Part shown: positions 51,333-63,653 of the stretch, piece by piece | How positions within the stretch are numbered: the stretch's first letter is position 1 | Layout: every line of letters begins with the position of its first letter | Source: Leucoraja ocellata | Taxonomy: Eukaryota | Length of the DNA stretch: 64,000 nucleotides | Direction of reading: 5' to 3' | NCBI GenBank assembly: GCA_036785375.1 | Contig: JAWMAR010000217.1 | Span: forward strand, 3,038,001 to 3,102,000 | Notes under the pieces: generated by a model | The model's database searches: none | Seen by the model: the letters and a program-made list of their open reading frames with translations, nothing else | What the model was told of the DNA's origin: nothing | Translations under genes and position numbers: made by a program

Positions 51333-52147
51333 TATAGTATTGGTACTGGACTAAGCATCATCCTGAGATGGAAGAATATTTAATCAGAATGTGTACCCCT
51401 GTGACCTCACAACAATGCATGGTCAGAGCCTGTGTCAGAGAGCTATCACTCAACATCTACAGCCACCAGCCCAGATATGACACTGCGAGTCATTTAGAGG
51501 AGATTTTAGAGGCACATGGCCAGTAAATGTGCAAGGCTGCACTGGTGATAGAGCAGGGGGAAGGGTTATCCCAAGGGGAAGGCCAATGGGTCATAAAACA
51601 TTGAATATTTGCATGCACTAGGCTTCTCCCTTCATCCATATCTCAGTTATAACTGAAACAACATTCACACCATATAACCATATAACCATATAACCACACA
51701 ACTTCTAATTGTAACTTGGCAATCAATGTGAGGATCCAGGTGGTCATAAAGCATCATAAAGTGTTGCAGCCAGCAAACTGTGAAGAAAGTGGCATAAAAA
51801 GGAAAAGCAATACTTTTACCTAATTAGAGAAAAAAAAGACACCTGCCGCTTTCCAGGCATGGTGGTAACACAGATTGGAGAAGTGAGTTCATTGATTCGT
51901 CAATAAAATCCATACACATACACTTAAACATGAGTCTTATATACATTAGTCTGTATGGGTTTTTTTAGATTAATATTTAGACAATAATAAAAAAGTGAAA
52001 GAACATTAATTCTTGTTTTATCCAGCAATCTATACAGCTGAGGACACATTGTATACTGCAATTTTTCTAAATATTTTTGCTTCTCTTTACTTTAGTTGTC
52101 CTTCCTTGCAATGGAAATGATTGGGATCTGGATAAGTATGAACACCG

Positions 52148-52240
52148 CAGTCTGAAGAAGGGTCTCAACCCGAAATGTAACCTATTCCTTTTCCCCAGAG
52201 ATGCTGTCTGACCCGCTGTGTTATTCCAACTTTTTGTGTC
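52148..52240 (+). mobile_element. Penelope-derived hammerhead repeat
   Basis: cagtCTGAAGAagggtctcaaccCGAAAtgtaacc. Confidence 0.75.
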
Positions 52241-52982
52241 AAGCCCACTTGAATGTTCCACGTGAGAATATTCAAATTGACTGCATCAATTATTTTAAGA
52301 TTGTCTCGTTGTTTCATGATGGTTTCACTTCTGGACGATGTGATACCATCTCATCTAAAAAAACGTTCCAACTGGGCTAAATAACATTTGTCAAAGAACA
52401 AACTGGAATTTGAGTTCATTCATTTCATTTTGTGATCAAAGTACCAGAATCATTGGGGAAAGCAAAAAAGTTACAAAAACCTCTGCCTGTAAGGGGCATA
52501 TTTAAAGGGAAATTCTTTCTTCATTAATACTTTTTATCATTGGGTTGTTGGCGTCACTGGAAAGGTTGACATTTATTGACTATTCCAAGTTGTCCTGGAT
52601 ACAACTGAATGGCTTGCTGGGCAACTTCATAAGGTTATTAAAAGTAAATCAATTTGACCTGGGAACAGAATAATGAAAACAACATGTCTTATTCACCAAA
52701 GAGCCCTCATGAATCTGTTTGGTTATTAAGCTAAATTAATATCTCCTGCATCATTTTCCTGATATCATGTTTTTAATTTTTGGATCTATTTTATATAACT
52801 GACTTAAAATTCTCAGACTGCCATGGTGGGATTAAAATTATGAAAAAATAAATAAAAATGAGATAAATGTTCACCAGTGAAGTGGTTAATAATTTGAGCA
52901 AAACGGTAAGAATTAAGTTAAGCATCACAACTGGACAGATTATTAAGGACGTTTAAAGGGCCCTTTAAATATGGCCCCTTAC

Positions 52983-53850
52983 AGTAGCAATGTTACAAAA
53001 TTTTGAGATTTTAAAAATCAAGTCTGCAATTTATCCCATCAGATAAAGCATAACAATAAGTTTAATTTGACACCAAATTCACTTTCATATCTCAAGTATT
53101 AAAAAAGGTATGGCCATTTTCATACTAGGAAATTAGCATCTTGTTCCCTATTGATTTTCAATGGACATTACAAAAAAGCTGTGATCTTGGATAGCCAAAA
53201 GCCAATTTCTTAAGGAAAGATTAACATTTTTAAATAGCCTAAGTGTCCAAAGATTATTCACAAATAATTCACAATATAACATGATTTTTATATCTAATTT
53301 ACATTAATTTATAGGCCAAATGGAAGGAATTTAGTGTTCAATTGCTGTAAATAAATGCCCATTTAAATCGGCTTTCTAGTAGGTTCATGTGAACGCGCTG
53401 GTTTAGAACGTTGACATCGCGCTGGATCAGTGCCCTCAAATGCCGAGAAAAATACTGCGGGATATAAAAAGCCCAAAATGAACTACTCGTTATAGATAAC
53501 TTGATATACAGGGTTATATATATATGCCCCATTTAATGTAAAAATAAGGTACATACCTTTAATTGTTTGCTTTATAAAACCCTGGGGCTGCGAGAGGTTG
53601 CGGAATGAGACAGTAATTTTAAAACTATTATAACTATATTATCGAGGCCTATAAAACTAATAATACCTTTTGCGACCGGGTCTTGCAGCGATTTTTCGTT
53701 AATGATTTACTAGGCTGAACATCTGCGATTAGTACAGCCTAGTAAAAATCGCGTTTTAAACCCGCCCCCTCCAAACAGCGCCAAAATCGCGGACATGGCT
53801 GTGGGCAGATTCCCAATGACGATTCAGGTAGGTTTTGTAACATACCTACT
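52983..53850. mobile_element. Unclassified non-autonomous TIR DNA transposon
   Basis: TIR agtagcaatgttacaaaa / ttttgtaacatacctact; tac on both flanks (3-bp TSD). Confidence 0.75.
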
Positions 53851-54287
53851 TACAGGCAGAGGTTTTTGGAACTGTTTTGCTTTCCGAATGATTTTGGTAC
53901 TTGGATCACAAACTGAATGAACTTAAATTCCAATTTGTTCTTTGACAAATGTTATTTAGCCCAGTTGGAAAGTTTTTTTTAGGTGAGATGGTATTACTTT
54001 AGAATGGGGCAAATTATTTGCTGCTTGCCTTGTAATATTGATTTCAGAATGTCTTTTAGTAACCATAGAAACTGAGGAACCAATGGCTACGATGAACTGT
54101 AAACAATAGGAAACCAAGGTCTCTTCGCAGAATTGATTGGTGTTTGTCTGGCTTTTACTGTGATCGGTGCATGCCATCCCTAGTAAACCTTCAGCAGTTA
54201 TTGTCAATCAAGGTATCTCCATAAACCCAATAATTATATCAGGAAACAACGGATAGTGACAGAAGGGCAAGCAAACCAGTGCAAAAT

Positions 54288-54468
54288 AAGACACAAAGCG
54301 CTGAGTAACTCAGTGGGTTAAACAGCATCCCTGGAGAACATGGATAGCTTATGTTTTGGGTCAGGACACTTCTTCCAAAGAAGGGTCCCCACCCAAGCAT
54401 CACCTATCCATGTTCTCCAGGGATCGTGGTGCCTGACCCATTCAGTTATTAGTGCACTTTGTGTCTTT
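54288..54468. mobile_element. Degenerate inverted Penelope-derived repeat pair
   Basis: aagacacaaagcgctgagtaactc ... cactttgtgtctt, inverted arms around cttcttccaaagaaggg. Confidence 0.65.
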
Positions 54469-55071
54469 TTTTTAAATTAAAGTGGTATTCATTAAAAATA
54501 AATTTCCATTCATCTTTATTTCAAGTGAACTGCAGCAAAAGTAAAATATATGTTTCAAGTTAAAACACATACTGGAGCATTGTGCAGAAAGATGTACAGT
54601 GAAATGGAGTGATTACCAGAAGCCAGGCCACAAGCTTTGAAACTTACTGAGGATATTCCAAACAGCTCAGGTATCCTGCACTCTAGCCCTTCAATAGATG
54701 AATAGTAGGAAGTTATACCCTCTTGCAGCCTTCAAGAAATTGAACTCTTGCCAGAAGTGGATTTGGACTCATTTAATGCTTCACCATTGCACAAACCCAT
54801 ATGATTTCCATACAGGGCTCAATTCAAATCTCATTAGTAAAATAGAAAATGTGATGTCAGCCAGCACCTGAGAAGTGAAAACAGAGTTATCATCTCAGAT
54901 TGTTGATCTTACTCTCTTCCCATAAGTGGTGTCTGCCCTTCTGAATACTTGTAACATTTCAGTTTTTTTCCAGATTTATATTATTTGCATTTTTAAAAAA
55001 CTTTTGAACTGTTTCATTGTTTTAAAGTTGACAAGAACCTACAAGGAAGAGAAAAATTCGAAATTCATTTA

Positions 55072-55392
55072 GGGGTGGCAAAGCAGCACAGCCAATAGAA
55101 CTGCTGCCGCAAAGCGTCAGAGACCGGGTTAGATCCTGACCTTAGGTGCCGTGCTTATGGAGTTTGCACATTCTCTCTGTGACTGCGTGCATTGGTTCCT
55201 GGTGCTTTGGTTTTCTCCCACATCCTGAAGATGTACAGATTTGTAGGTTAATTTTCCTCTGTAAAATCACCCCTAGCGTGTAGAGAGTGGATGAGAAAGT
55301 GAGATAACATAGAACTAGTAGGAGCAGGTAATCAATGGTCGGTGTGGACCTGGTGGACCGAAGGGCTTTGTTACATGCTGTATCTTTCAATC
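55072..55392 (+). mobile_element. tRNA-derived SINE
   Basis: ggggtggcaaagcagcacagcc...gttagatcctgacc...gatttgtaggttaatt...gctgtatct. Confidence 0.7.
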
Positions 55393-55854
55393 AGTTTTGT
55401 CACAAATGTGTTTTCTTTCTGTCAGCGATCAACGGCAACACCCATTCACTCAAGCCACCTGGTCCTCCCTCGTCTTATTATTATGCAGCATTTTGCGTGA
55501 CAGAAAGAGAAGATGAATGACTAATTGAGGAGACCATTCAGATGTCATATGGTCTGTGGTTGATTTTCCATGAATTTGCATGTTGTCTTTGCATGAGACT
55601 ATGCTAATTCATTCTGTTCTGCATCATTTCTGCTGGCTATAAGGCGAAGCAGCAATCAATGGAAAATAACTGGTACATTTATTATTGTGTTACAAAAGGC
55701 AGGATCCCTTTGCTCCTATTAAACATGCTAAAACTGGGTGGTTAGAAGAGAAGAAGACTTAAGAATCAATACTAGATATTAATGGTGTGTGTCCCTGTTT
55801 TTGGTGCTGAAAGAGGAGCTGCACATGATAAGGATAACAACTTAAAACAACTGC

Positions 55855-56930
55855 ATGGAGTCACAGAATCATACAGCATGAAAAGAGGCCCTTCGGCCCA
55901 ACTTGTCCATGCCGACCAGGATGTCTCATCCAGACTGTTTCCTTTTGCCTGCATTTGTTGCATATACTTCCAAACCTTTCCTATACATGTACCTGTCCAT
56001 TTGGCTTTTAAATGCCATTACAGTGCTTGTCTCAACTAATTCCTCTCTCAGCTGGTTCCCACCACCCTCTGTGTGAAAAGGTTGCCACTCAGGTACCTAT
56101 AAATCTCTCCCCTTTCACTCTAAACCTATGTCCTTTAGTTCTTGATTCCATAACCATGAGAAAAGCATGCATTCACCCTTCTATTCCCCATCTTGATTGT
56201 ATACACCTTTATAAGATCACCCCTCCTGCGTTCCAAGGAATAAAGCCCTAGAATGCCCAATTTCTCGAGTTCTGGCATCATCCTCAAATCATCTCTGCAT
56301 CCTCTCCAGCTTAATGGCATTTTTCCTATAGCAGGGTGACCAACACTGTATACAATAATTCACGTGCCTCACTAACATATTGTATAACTAATATAATGCT
56401 CCAATTTCTATACTTTATTGACAGCTAACTATGCCAAAAGTCTTCTTAGCCTATTTACCTGCGACGCCAGTTTCAGGGAAGTACTGTATGTACTTGTATT
56501 CCTAGATCCCTCTGCAGTGCAACACACCCCAGGCCCTACCTTTCACTTCGAAAGTTCTGTACTATTTAGACCACCCAAAATATACTTAACTGAATTAAAT
56601 TCCATAAGCCATTCCTTGGCCCACACAAAATCAAAATCCTGCTATAATTCTTCACAACCATCCTCACTGCCTACTACATTTTAGTGTAATTTGTAAACTT
56701 ACTAATCATTCCTTATACATTCCTATCCAAATCATTTATATAGATGATGAACAGCAATAGGCCCAGCACTGATTCCTGAGGCATACCATTAGTCACAAGC
56801 CACTAGACCGAAAATCAACCTTCTACCACCACTTTCTGCATCCTACCATGAAGACAATTCTGTATCCAGTTGGCTAGCTCTCCTTGGATCCATGTGTTGC
56901 CTACCACGCAGAATCTTATCAAAGACTTTG
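55855..56930 (-). mobile_element. Degraded CR1 fragment
   Basis: LGLYSLERRRGDLIK; degenerate GMPQESVLG; CR1 3' UTR. Confidence 0.75.
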
Positions 56931-57707
56931 CTGCCCCACATGCTGCTTCCTGCCTGTCAGGAAGTTGGTGATCCACTGACAGAAGGGTTCAGGCACAGTC
57001 AACTGGGGGAGCTTGGAGTGTAGTAGCTCTGGCATAATGGTGTTGAATGCAGAGCTAAAATCCACAAACAAAATCCTGGCATAGGTCCCCTGGCGGTCTA
57101 GGTGCTGGAGGACGAAGTGCAGGCCTAGGTTGACTTAGGTCCACCAATCGATCGTATGCAAACTGCAGAGGGTCCAGCAGGGGGTTTGTGATATTTTTCA
57201 GCTGGGCCAGCACAAGTCTTTCAAGGGTTTTCATAACAACAGAGGTCAATGCGACAGGCCTGTAGTCATTAAGACCAGTAATTCTTGTCTTTTTGGGTAC
57301 AGGGACAATAGTGGAGACTTTGACGCAGGCAGGGACAGTACAGGTTTGCAGGGACAGGTTGAAAATATCTGTGTAGACTGGTGCCACTTGTTTGGCACAG
57401 AGCTTGAGGGTAGAGGGGGAAACATTGGCCAGTCCTGGCGATTTCTGGCTTTTCTGACTTCTGAACAGCCTCTTCACTTCCTCAATTTCTATTGTTAGTG
57501 ATGGAGAAGTGGCCAGACTAATGTTGGGCAGCAAGGAGGGGGTGGGTAGTGGACGAAGGCCCAGTCTTTGCAGACGTGTGTCAGGCTGTGAGTGGGTGTT
57601 GTGGTGATTGGAGAGGGGTGGATGGGAAAGGGCCCAGTCTTTGCACACTGGAGTCAGGCTGTAAGTAGGTGTGGTGGGTGGGGAATGGTCCAGTCTTTGC
57701 AGACTGG

Positions 57708-58240
57708 TACACAAAAATGCTGGAGAAACTCAGCGGGTGCAGCAGCCAGTGACGTAGGGTGGGTTTTGAGCGCCCGGGGCAGTTTAAAGTTTTGCGCCTC
57801 CTCATTAGCGGGGGGGGAGGGGGGGGGCGGGGGCAGAGGCGGGGGCAGAGGCAGAGGCGGGGGCGGGGGCGGGCGAGGCCGGGGCGGGGGCGGGGCCGGG
57901 CGGGGGCGGGGGGGGCAGAGGTGGGGGCGGGGGGGGGGGGCAGAGGCAGCGGCGGCTGGGACAGCGGCAGCGGCGACCAGAACTCGGAGCTGGGGCGGCG
58001 GCAGCGGCGGCCTGCCCGCGCTGTTTTTATACTCACAGCTCCTCGCTCCAACGGCTCCCCGGGCCTCTTAATTTTATTTAAAAAATTTATTCAACAATTT
58101 TTTTGCGCCCCTCAAAATTTAGCGCCCGGGGCAACCGCCCCACTGCCCCCCCCCCCCCCCCCCACGCTACGCTACTGGCAGCAGCATCTATGGAGCGAAG
58201 GAAATAGGCAACGTTTCAGGCCGAAACCCTTCTTCAGACC
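57708..58240 (-). mobile_element. Penelope-derived hammerhead repeat inserted in the LINE
   Basis: Flanked by 13-bp ctttgcagactgg duplication; minus strand gtCTGAAGAagggtttcggccTGAAAcgttgc. Confidence 0.85.
57747..58177. mobile_element. GC-rich non-autonomous hAT element
   Basis: TIR cagtgacgtagggtggg / cccacgctacgctactg; perfect 8-bp TSD gcagcagc. Confidence 0.9.
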
Positions 58241-59551
58241 CTTTGCAGACTGGAATCAGGCTGTGAGTAGGTGTGAAGTGGTAATTGGAGAGGGAGGGAG
58301 GGAGGGGGTGCCAGGGTTAAGTTTCTGTTTATCAAACCTGCAGTAGAGCACGTTCAGGTCATTGGTCAGCTGACGATTGTCCAAGGAGCGGAGGGGGGTG
58401 GGGTTTCCTCTTGTAACAGGTGATTTCTTGCAAGGCCTTCCAAACTGAAGAAGAGTCACTAGCTGAGAACTTGCTCCTTAACTTCTCAGAGTACCTTTCC
58501 TCGGCAGCTCTGATTCCTCTTCTCAGCTTGTACTTGGCCTGCCTGTAGAGGTGTGCATCCCCACTTCTATAGACCTCCTATTTAGACTGGCGGAACTGTC
58601 TTGAGTCCTGCTGTACACCAGGTCTTGTTGTTGTTGAACCAGATCCGGGTCCTGGTTGGAATGCAACTGTCCTCACAAAAGCTGACATATGATGATACAG
58701 TGTCCGTATATTCATCGAGGCTTGCGGTTGCTTCCCTGAACACATTCCAATCAGTGCAATCAAAGCAGGATTGTAGGTTTTCAATGCCCTCGCTTGTCCA
58801 CCTTTTCATTGTGCTGACCACAGGCTTAGCAGATTTTAGGTAAGAATAAGGTGAACTAAACAATGATCAGGGAGACCCAGAGCCACCCGGGGAACAGAGC
58901 GATATGCGTTCTTGATTGTTGTCCAACAGCGATTGAGTGTTCTCTCCCATCTGGTGGGGCATGTAACATGAAGTCTGTACTTTGGAAGCTCTCGGCTGAG
59001 GTTAGCCTTGTTAAAGTCCCCCAAAACAAAGACCATGGAGTCCTGGAAGTCACTCTCTACCCTCATTACCTGGTCAGCGAGTTGCGATTGCGCCTCACAT
59101 ATACGCAGGCTTGGGGGGAATGTAAACTCCAGCGAGAAAATAAGAGGTAAATTCCCACGGAGAATAAAAGGGTTTGCAGTTTATAAAGAAAGATTCTAGA
59201 TTGAGAGAAGAGAAGTTTGACATTACCGTGATGTCGCTGCACCAGTCCTGGTTAGTATAGAATAATATTCCACAGCCTCTTGATTTTCATGCTGCCTCTG
59301 CTTCGCGGTCCGTTCTATGTAGTTGAAAGTCAGTCAGTTGCAGCGCATTGTCCGGGATCGACCCATACAGCCAGGTCTCGGTGAAGCACAGGGCAGCGGC
59401 TCAAGAGAAGTCCTTGTTTGTCTGGCGTAGGAGTTGCAGTTCGTCCACTTTGTTGTTGCGAGAACGTAGATTTGCAAGGAATATACTCGGGAGTGGAAGG
59501 GCTGACCTCAGTAGCAGTGCCAAATGGAAGTGCCATGCACAAGTACAGGAC

Positions 59552-59778
59552 TAGACACAAAATTCTGGAGTAACTCAGCAGGACAGGCAGCAGCTCTGGA
59601 GAGAAGGAAAGGGTGACATTTCAGGTCGAGACCCTTCATCAGAAGTCTGAGGAAGGGTCTCGACCAAAAATGTCACCGATTCCTTCTCTCCAGAAATGCT
59701 GCTTGTTGCGCTGAGTTACTCCAGCATTTTGTGTCCATCTTTGGTGTAAACCAGCATTTACAGTTCCTTCCTACATGT
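59552..59778. mobile_element. Inverted pair of Penelope-derived hammerhead repeats
   Basis: Arms 59552-59642 and 59646-59740 are reverse complements. Confidence 0.85.
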
Positions 59779-60788
59779 GTGGGTCTAATGGATAGAGTCA
59801 CACAGCACAGGAACTGGCCATCTGCCACAGTGTCCACATCAACCAGCAAGCACCCATCTATACTCATGCCATTTAACAGCACTTGGTCTATAGCTTTCTA
59901 TGCCTTGACAGTTTATGTGTTCATTGCAGTTAAACCACCGCAACCCCCACCCTACCCTACCCCTCCTCCCCCTAATTACTGTGTGTTGGCATCCCTGCAG
60001 CATGCTCATTACAAGTCTTGTTTTTGATAAGAAATTATGCTTCCATGCTCAAAGGGTTGTAGTGAGGTGACAAGATTGCAAATATAGTTGTCCTTTAACC
60101 CCAGCAATTACCCTGCTACATTATTAGAAGAATCGAATACTGCAGGAATGACGGAATGATCTCTAATAGCTATGTTATAATGACTGACGGGGACAACTAG
60201 CACAAACGCACATGACCTGGTACCAAGGATTGCACTGATGCTGCTCATTAATGGAATAGAAACAGGTTGCATTAGTGAGTTATCTTGCCCTGTTAGCAAA
60301 ATGTGGCCAATCAAAGGCGACCTAAGCATCAGACCTTCATCATCTCTCATGATGACCTTTGAGGTCAGTGGGAAAGGCTGCATTTCCCGATAAATGAGCA
60401 CCTCTTTTGAAAACCAAATAAATCATAGGCCTCAGTTTTTAATATACAGGTACTAACAAAGCCATCCCTGCTTACAATATGTCACTGGACCACTTCCAAC
60501 AACAGTGGCAACAACTGGAAGTGCATCAGAAATGCAACAGTAACTATAGTTTGCTCCAATCAAAGTAACTTTTTACTTCAATCGAGTCATAGAGTTATAT
60601 AGCACCGAAAGCAGGCCCTTTGACCAATCTTGCCCTTCTCATGTGTTTGAAAATATCTGGTCCTCTTTTATGAGCTAATTTAATTCACGAAAAATAATAC
60701 TGATATCAAAATTTGAAGCAAACGTTTTTGAAGTTATGTGCAAAAGGGATGCCATTTTTAATGTGCATAGAATCGGCACACGGGCAAA

Positions 60789-61007
60789 GGGGCAGCACGG
60801 TGCGTAGCGGTAGAGCTGCTGCTTTACAGTGCCAGAGATCCAGGTTTGATCCTGGGTGCTCCAGTTTCCTTCCATACTCCAAAGGCGTACAGGTTTGTAG
60901 GTTAATTGATTTTGGTAAAATTGTAAATTGGCCCCAGTGTGTAGAATAGTGTTAGTACACGGGGTGATCACTGGTCGGCACAGGTGCTGTATCCCTGAAG
61001 TCTAAAG
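60789..61007 (+). mobile_element. tRNA-derived SINE
   Basis: ggggcagcacggtgcgtagcggtagagctgctgc...caggtttgatcctg. Confidence 0.8.
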
Positions 61008-61530
61008 TCATACAGTATGGAAACGGGCCCTTCAGTCCAATGTCTATGCCGACCAAAATGCCTTACTTAAATTAGTCCCATTTGTTCGCATTTGCCCCAT
61101 ATTCCTCTAAACCTTTCCTATCCATGTATCTGTCCAAATGTATTTAAAATGTTGCCATAGTACAGTTGCTATAGCTCGTTCCATATACCCACCACCCTCT
61201 GTGTGAAAAAGTTGCCTTTCAGGTACCTGTTAAATATTCTGACCCTGGAATTAAGAACCAGATGACAATGTTTTAAGGTGAGGGAGAAAAAAAATTGTAA
61301 TCTGAGGGGCAACTTTTTAAACTCAGAAGATGGTGGGAATACTGAATGAACTGCCAGCGAAGGTAGTTGAGGCTGGTACTATAACAATATTTAAAATACA
61401 CCAGGACAGGTGCACGGATAGGAAAATGTATAGGAATATGGACTAAACACAGGCAAAAGGGGCTAGATTAAATGGGGAATCGGTATGGGTGAGATGGACC
61501 AAAGGGCGTGTTTCCGTGCTGTGTGACTCT
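61008..61530. mobile_element. Two CR1 3' ends in opposite orientation (61008-61237 minus, 61250-61530 plus)
   Basis: ccaccctctgtgtgaaaaagttgcc mirrored by ggcaactttttaaactcagaagatggtggg. Confidence 0.65.
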
Positions 61531-62330
61531 AAGCACATTATAAATGGTATCCCTTGCACAGACCCTAGATAGCGTTTGCTTTAACTTTTGTTATCAATAA
61601 TATTTTTCCTGAATCAGCTCATAAAAGAGGATGTGATATTGTTAAAGGCATTAGATAAACTGCTGCTCCACTAAGGATCAAGCAGCTCTTCAAATCACTG
61701 CGGCATGATGGTGTTCAGTTTCATAGAATGCGCAAGACCCAAGAACAAAAACAATTGTCAGCATGAAGTTAGTAAATAACTAAATATAGACTGGCATCAT
61801 CTCTCAATGGAATAGGTGAAAATTTGCAAACCTAGCGAAGTGCTAACAGAAATAAACTTGCAAATTATAATTTAGTAATGCAGTAATACTAATATTTACT
61901 GGTAATAGAGACTAATTTGTTAGCATTAGAAACAATTGTATAGTAGAGGAAAGTCTATCAAGCTATGTTGAAAAGCATCCAATGTAAAGGAAGTGAACAG
62001 AGACACACTTAGGAAAATAAACAAGTTGAATAAAATATGAATCAGTATCCAAACAGAATTCATCAACCCCTGGGGAACAGGGGTGAAAAGTGGAGACAAA
62101 AGGAATTTACTACCACGTGCACACGATTCTGACCTGATAGACTCTCACATTTTATGACTGCACAGACTGATAATACATTTGTTGATGTTTGTTATCATCA
62201 TACCATGAAATTGCCAGCAATTTCTGCTTTACTAGTTAAAGGTGGAAATTCCAAACAGGCTGTCAACTTTAGGGGTGTGGATTAGAATTCCCTCCTGAAG
62301 AGCAAACGGGTAATAATGTGGCATAGTGAA

Positions 62331-62793
62331 TCAAGTCAAGTCAAGTTTATTCGTCACATAGACATACGAGTTGTGCAGTGAAATGAAAAGTGACAATGCT
62401 TGCGGACTTTGTGCAAAAAGACAAACAAACAAACAACCAAACAAACTACAAACAGAATGGAACAGAATCACATATTCTTTTACATATTGAATATTGTGGG
62501 CGGAAGGAAAAAGGGAAAAAACAGCAATTTAAAAAAAGCCAAAAAAAAAAGCAGTAGAATGGTACAGTAAACTTAGTCCCTGGTGAGATAGGAGTTTACA
62601 GTCCTAATGGCCTCTGGGAAGAAACTCCTTCTCAACCTCTCCATTCTCACAGCATGGCAACGGAGGTGTTTGCCTGATCGTAGCATCTGGAACAGTCCGT
62701 TGCAGGGGTGGAAGGGGTCTCCCATGATTTTATTGCACCTCCTGATGTATAGTTCCTGCACGGGGGCGAGTGAAGTTCCCATAGTGCGTTCGG
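62331..62793 (-). mobile_element. Rex1/Babar-type LINE 3' fragment, running into gap 62794-62993
   Basis: MGTSLAPVQELY...SFFPEAIRTVNSYLTRD; (caagt)n tail; same family as 26660-27550. Confidence 0.9.
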
Positions 62794-63014
62794 NNNNNNN
62801 NNNNNNNNNNNNNNNNNNNNNNNNNNNNNNNNNNNNNNNNNNNNNNNNNNNNNNNNNNNNNNNNNNNNNNNNNNNNNNNNNNNNNNNNNNNNNNNNNNNN
62901 NNNNNNNNNNNNNNNNNNNNNNNNNNNNNNNNNNNNNNNNNNNNNNNNNNNNNNNNNNNNNNNNNNNNNNNNNNNNNNNNNNNNNNNNNNNNNAAAGTTG
63001 CCTATTTCTTGTGC

Positions 63015-63196
63015 ATGTGTCGGAAGGAACAGCAGATGTCGGTTTAAAGAGAATGAGTAACTCGACGGCAGGCAGCATCTTTTGGGAGAAGGAATGGGTG
63101 ACATTTTGGGTCGAGATCCTTCTGATATGCTGCTTGTCCCGCTGAGCTACATGTTGTGTCTATCTTCGTTTAATCCAGCATCTGCAGTTCCTTCCT
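63015..63196. mobile_element. Penelope-derived inverted repeat
   Basis: ggaaggaacagcagatg ... ccagcatctgcagttccttcc. Confidence 0.65.
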
Positions 63197-63653
63197 GGCC
63201 GAACCCGATTGAAAGATGAGAGGCTGGGCGATAGAAATCATTAATTGAATTAAATAACTAGATACCTGTCTAATCGTATCTACAGGATTGGACAAGCTAG
63301 ATGGAGGAAGAATGTTCCCGATGTTGGGGAGTCCAAAACCAGGGTCCCAGTTTTACAGTCTACCGTGGGAACTCTTTAATTACAGCGGGAAACCTTCAGT
63401 TTCCCAGGGGGTTGGGACGGGACTGGAGTTGGGAGGGAAAGGTGGGGGAGTCGAGGGAGAGGAGGGGGAGACAGATGGGGGTGTCTTCATTTAGTGGCGG
63501 TGGGTGTCTGTCACTGAAACAGGCAGGTGAGATTTCACATTCACCTTGTGTGTGCCTCTCTCTCTCTCTCTCTCCCTCCCTCCCTCCCTCCCTCTCACAC
63601 AGGCATGAATGGATGAACTCCGCGGGGCCAGGCAGCATCTACAGAGGGAAATG

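Larger units (their letters stand above)
56935..59530 (-). mobile_element. Rex1/Babar-type LINE ORF2 (APE to mid-RT), degraded, with nested inserts
   Basis: LPSIFLANLRS...LCFTETWL; LGDFNKANL; SCFDCTDW; LNDYRPVALTSVVMK...DPLQFAY. Confidence 0.9.

Noticed and set aside
51669-51696. (catataac)3 short array
   Set aside because: Isolated CR1-B-type tail or simple repeat; nothing further supports a function.
57581-58346. Gly/Arg- and Pro-rich ORFs (RGG-like)
   Set aside because: Translations of the G-rich interior of a hAT MITE; no coding evidence.
60789-60860. tRNA-like sequence (also at 7110-7184, 23602, 35420, 55072)
   Set aside because: These are SINE heads continuing into SINE core and tail; no complete cloverleaf.
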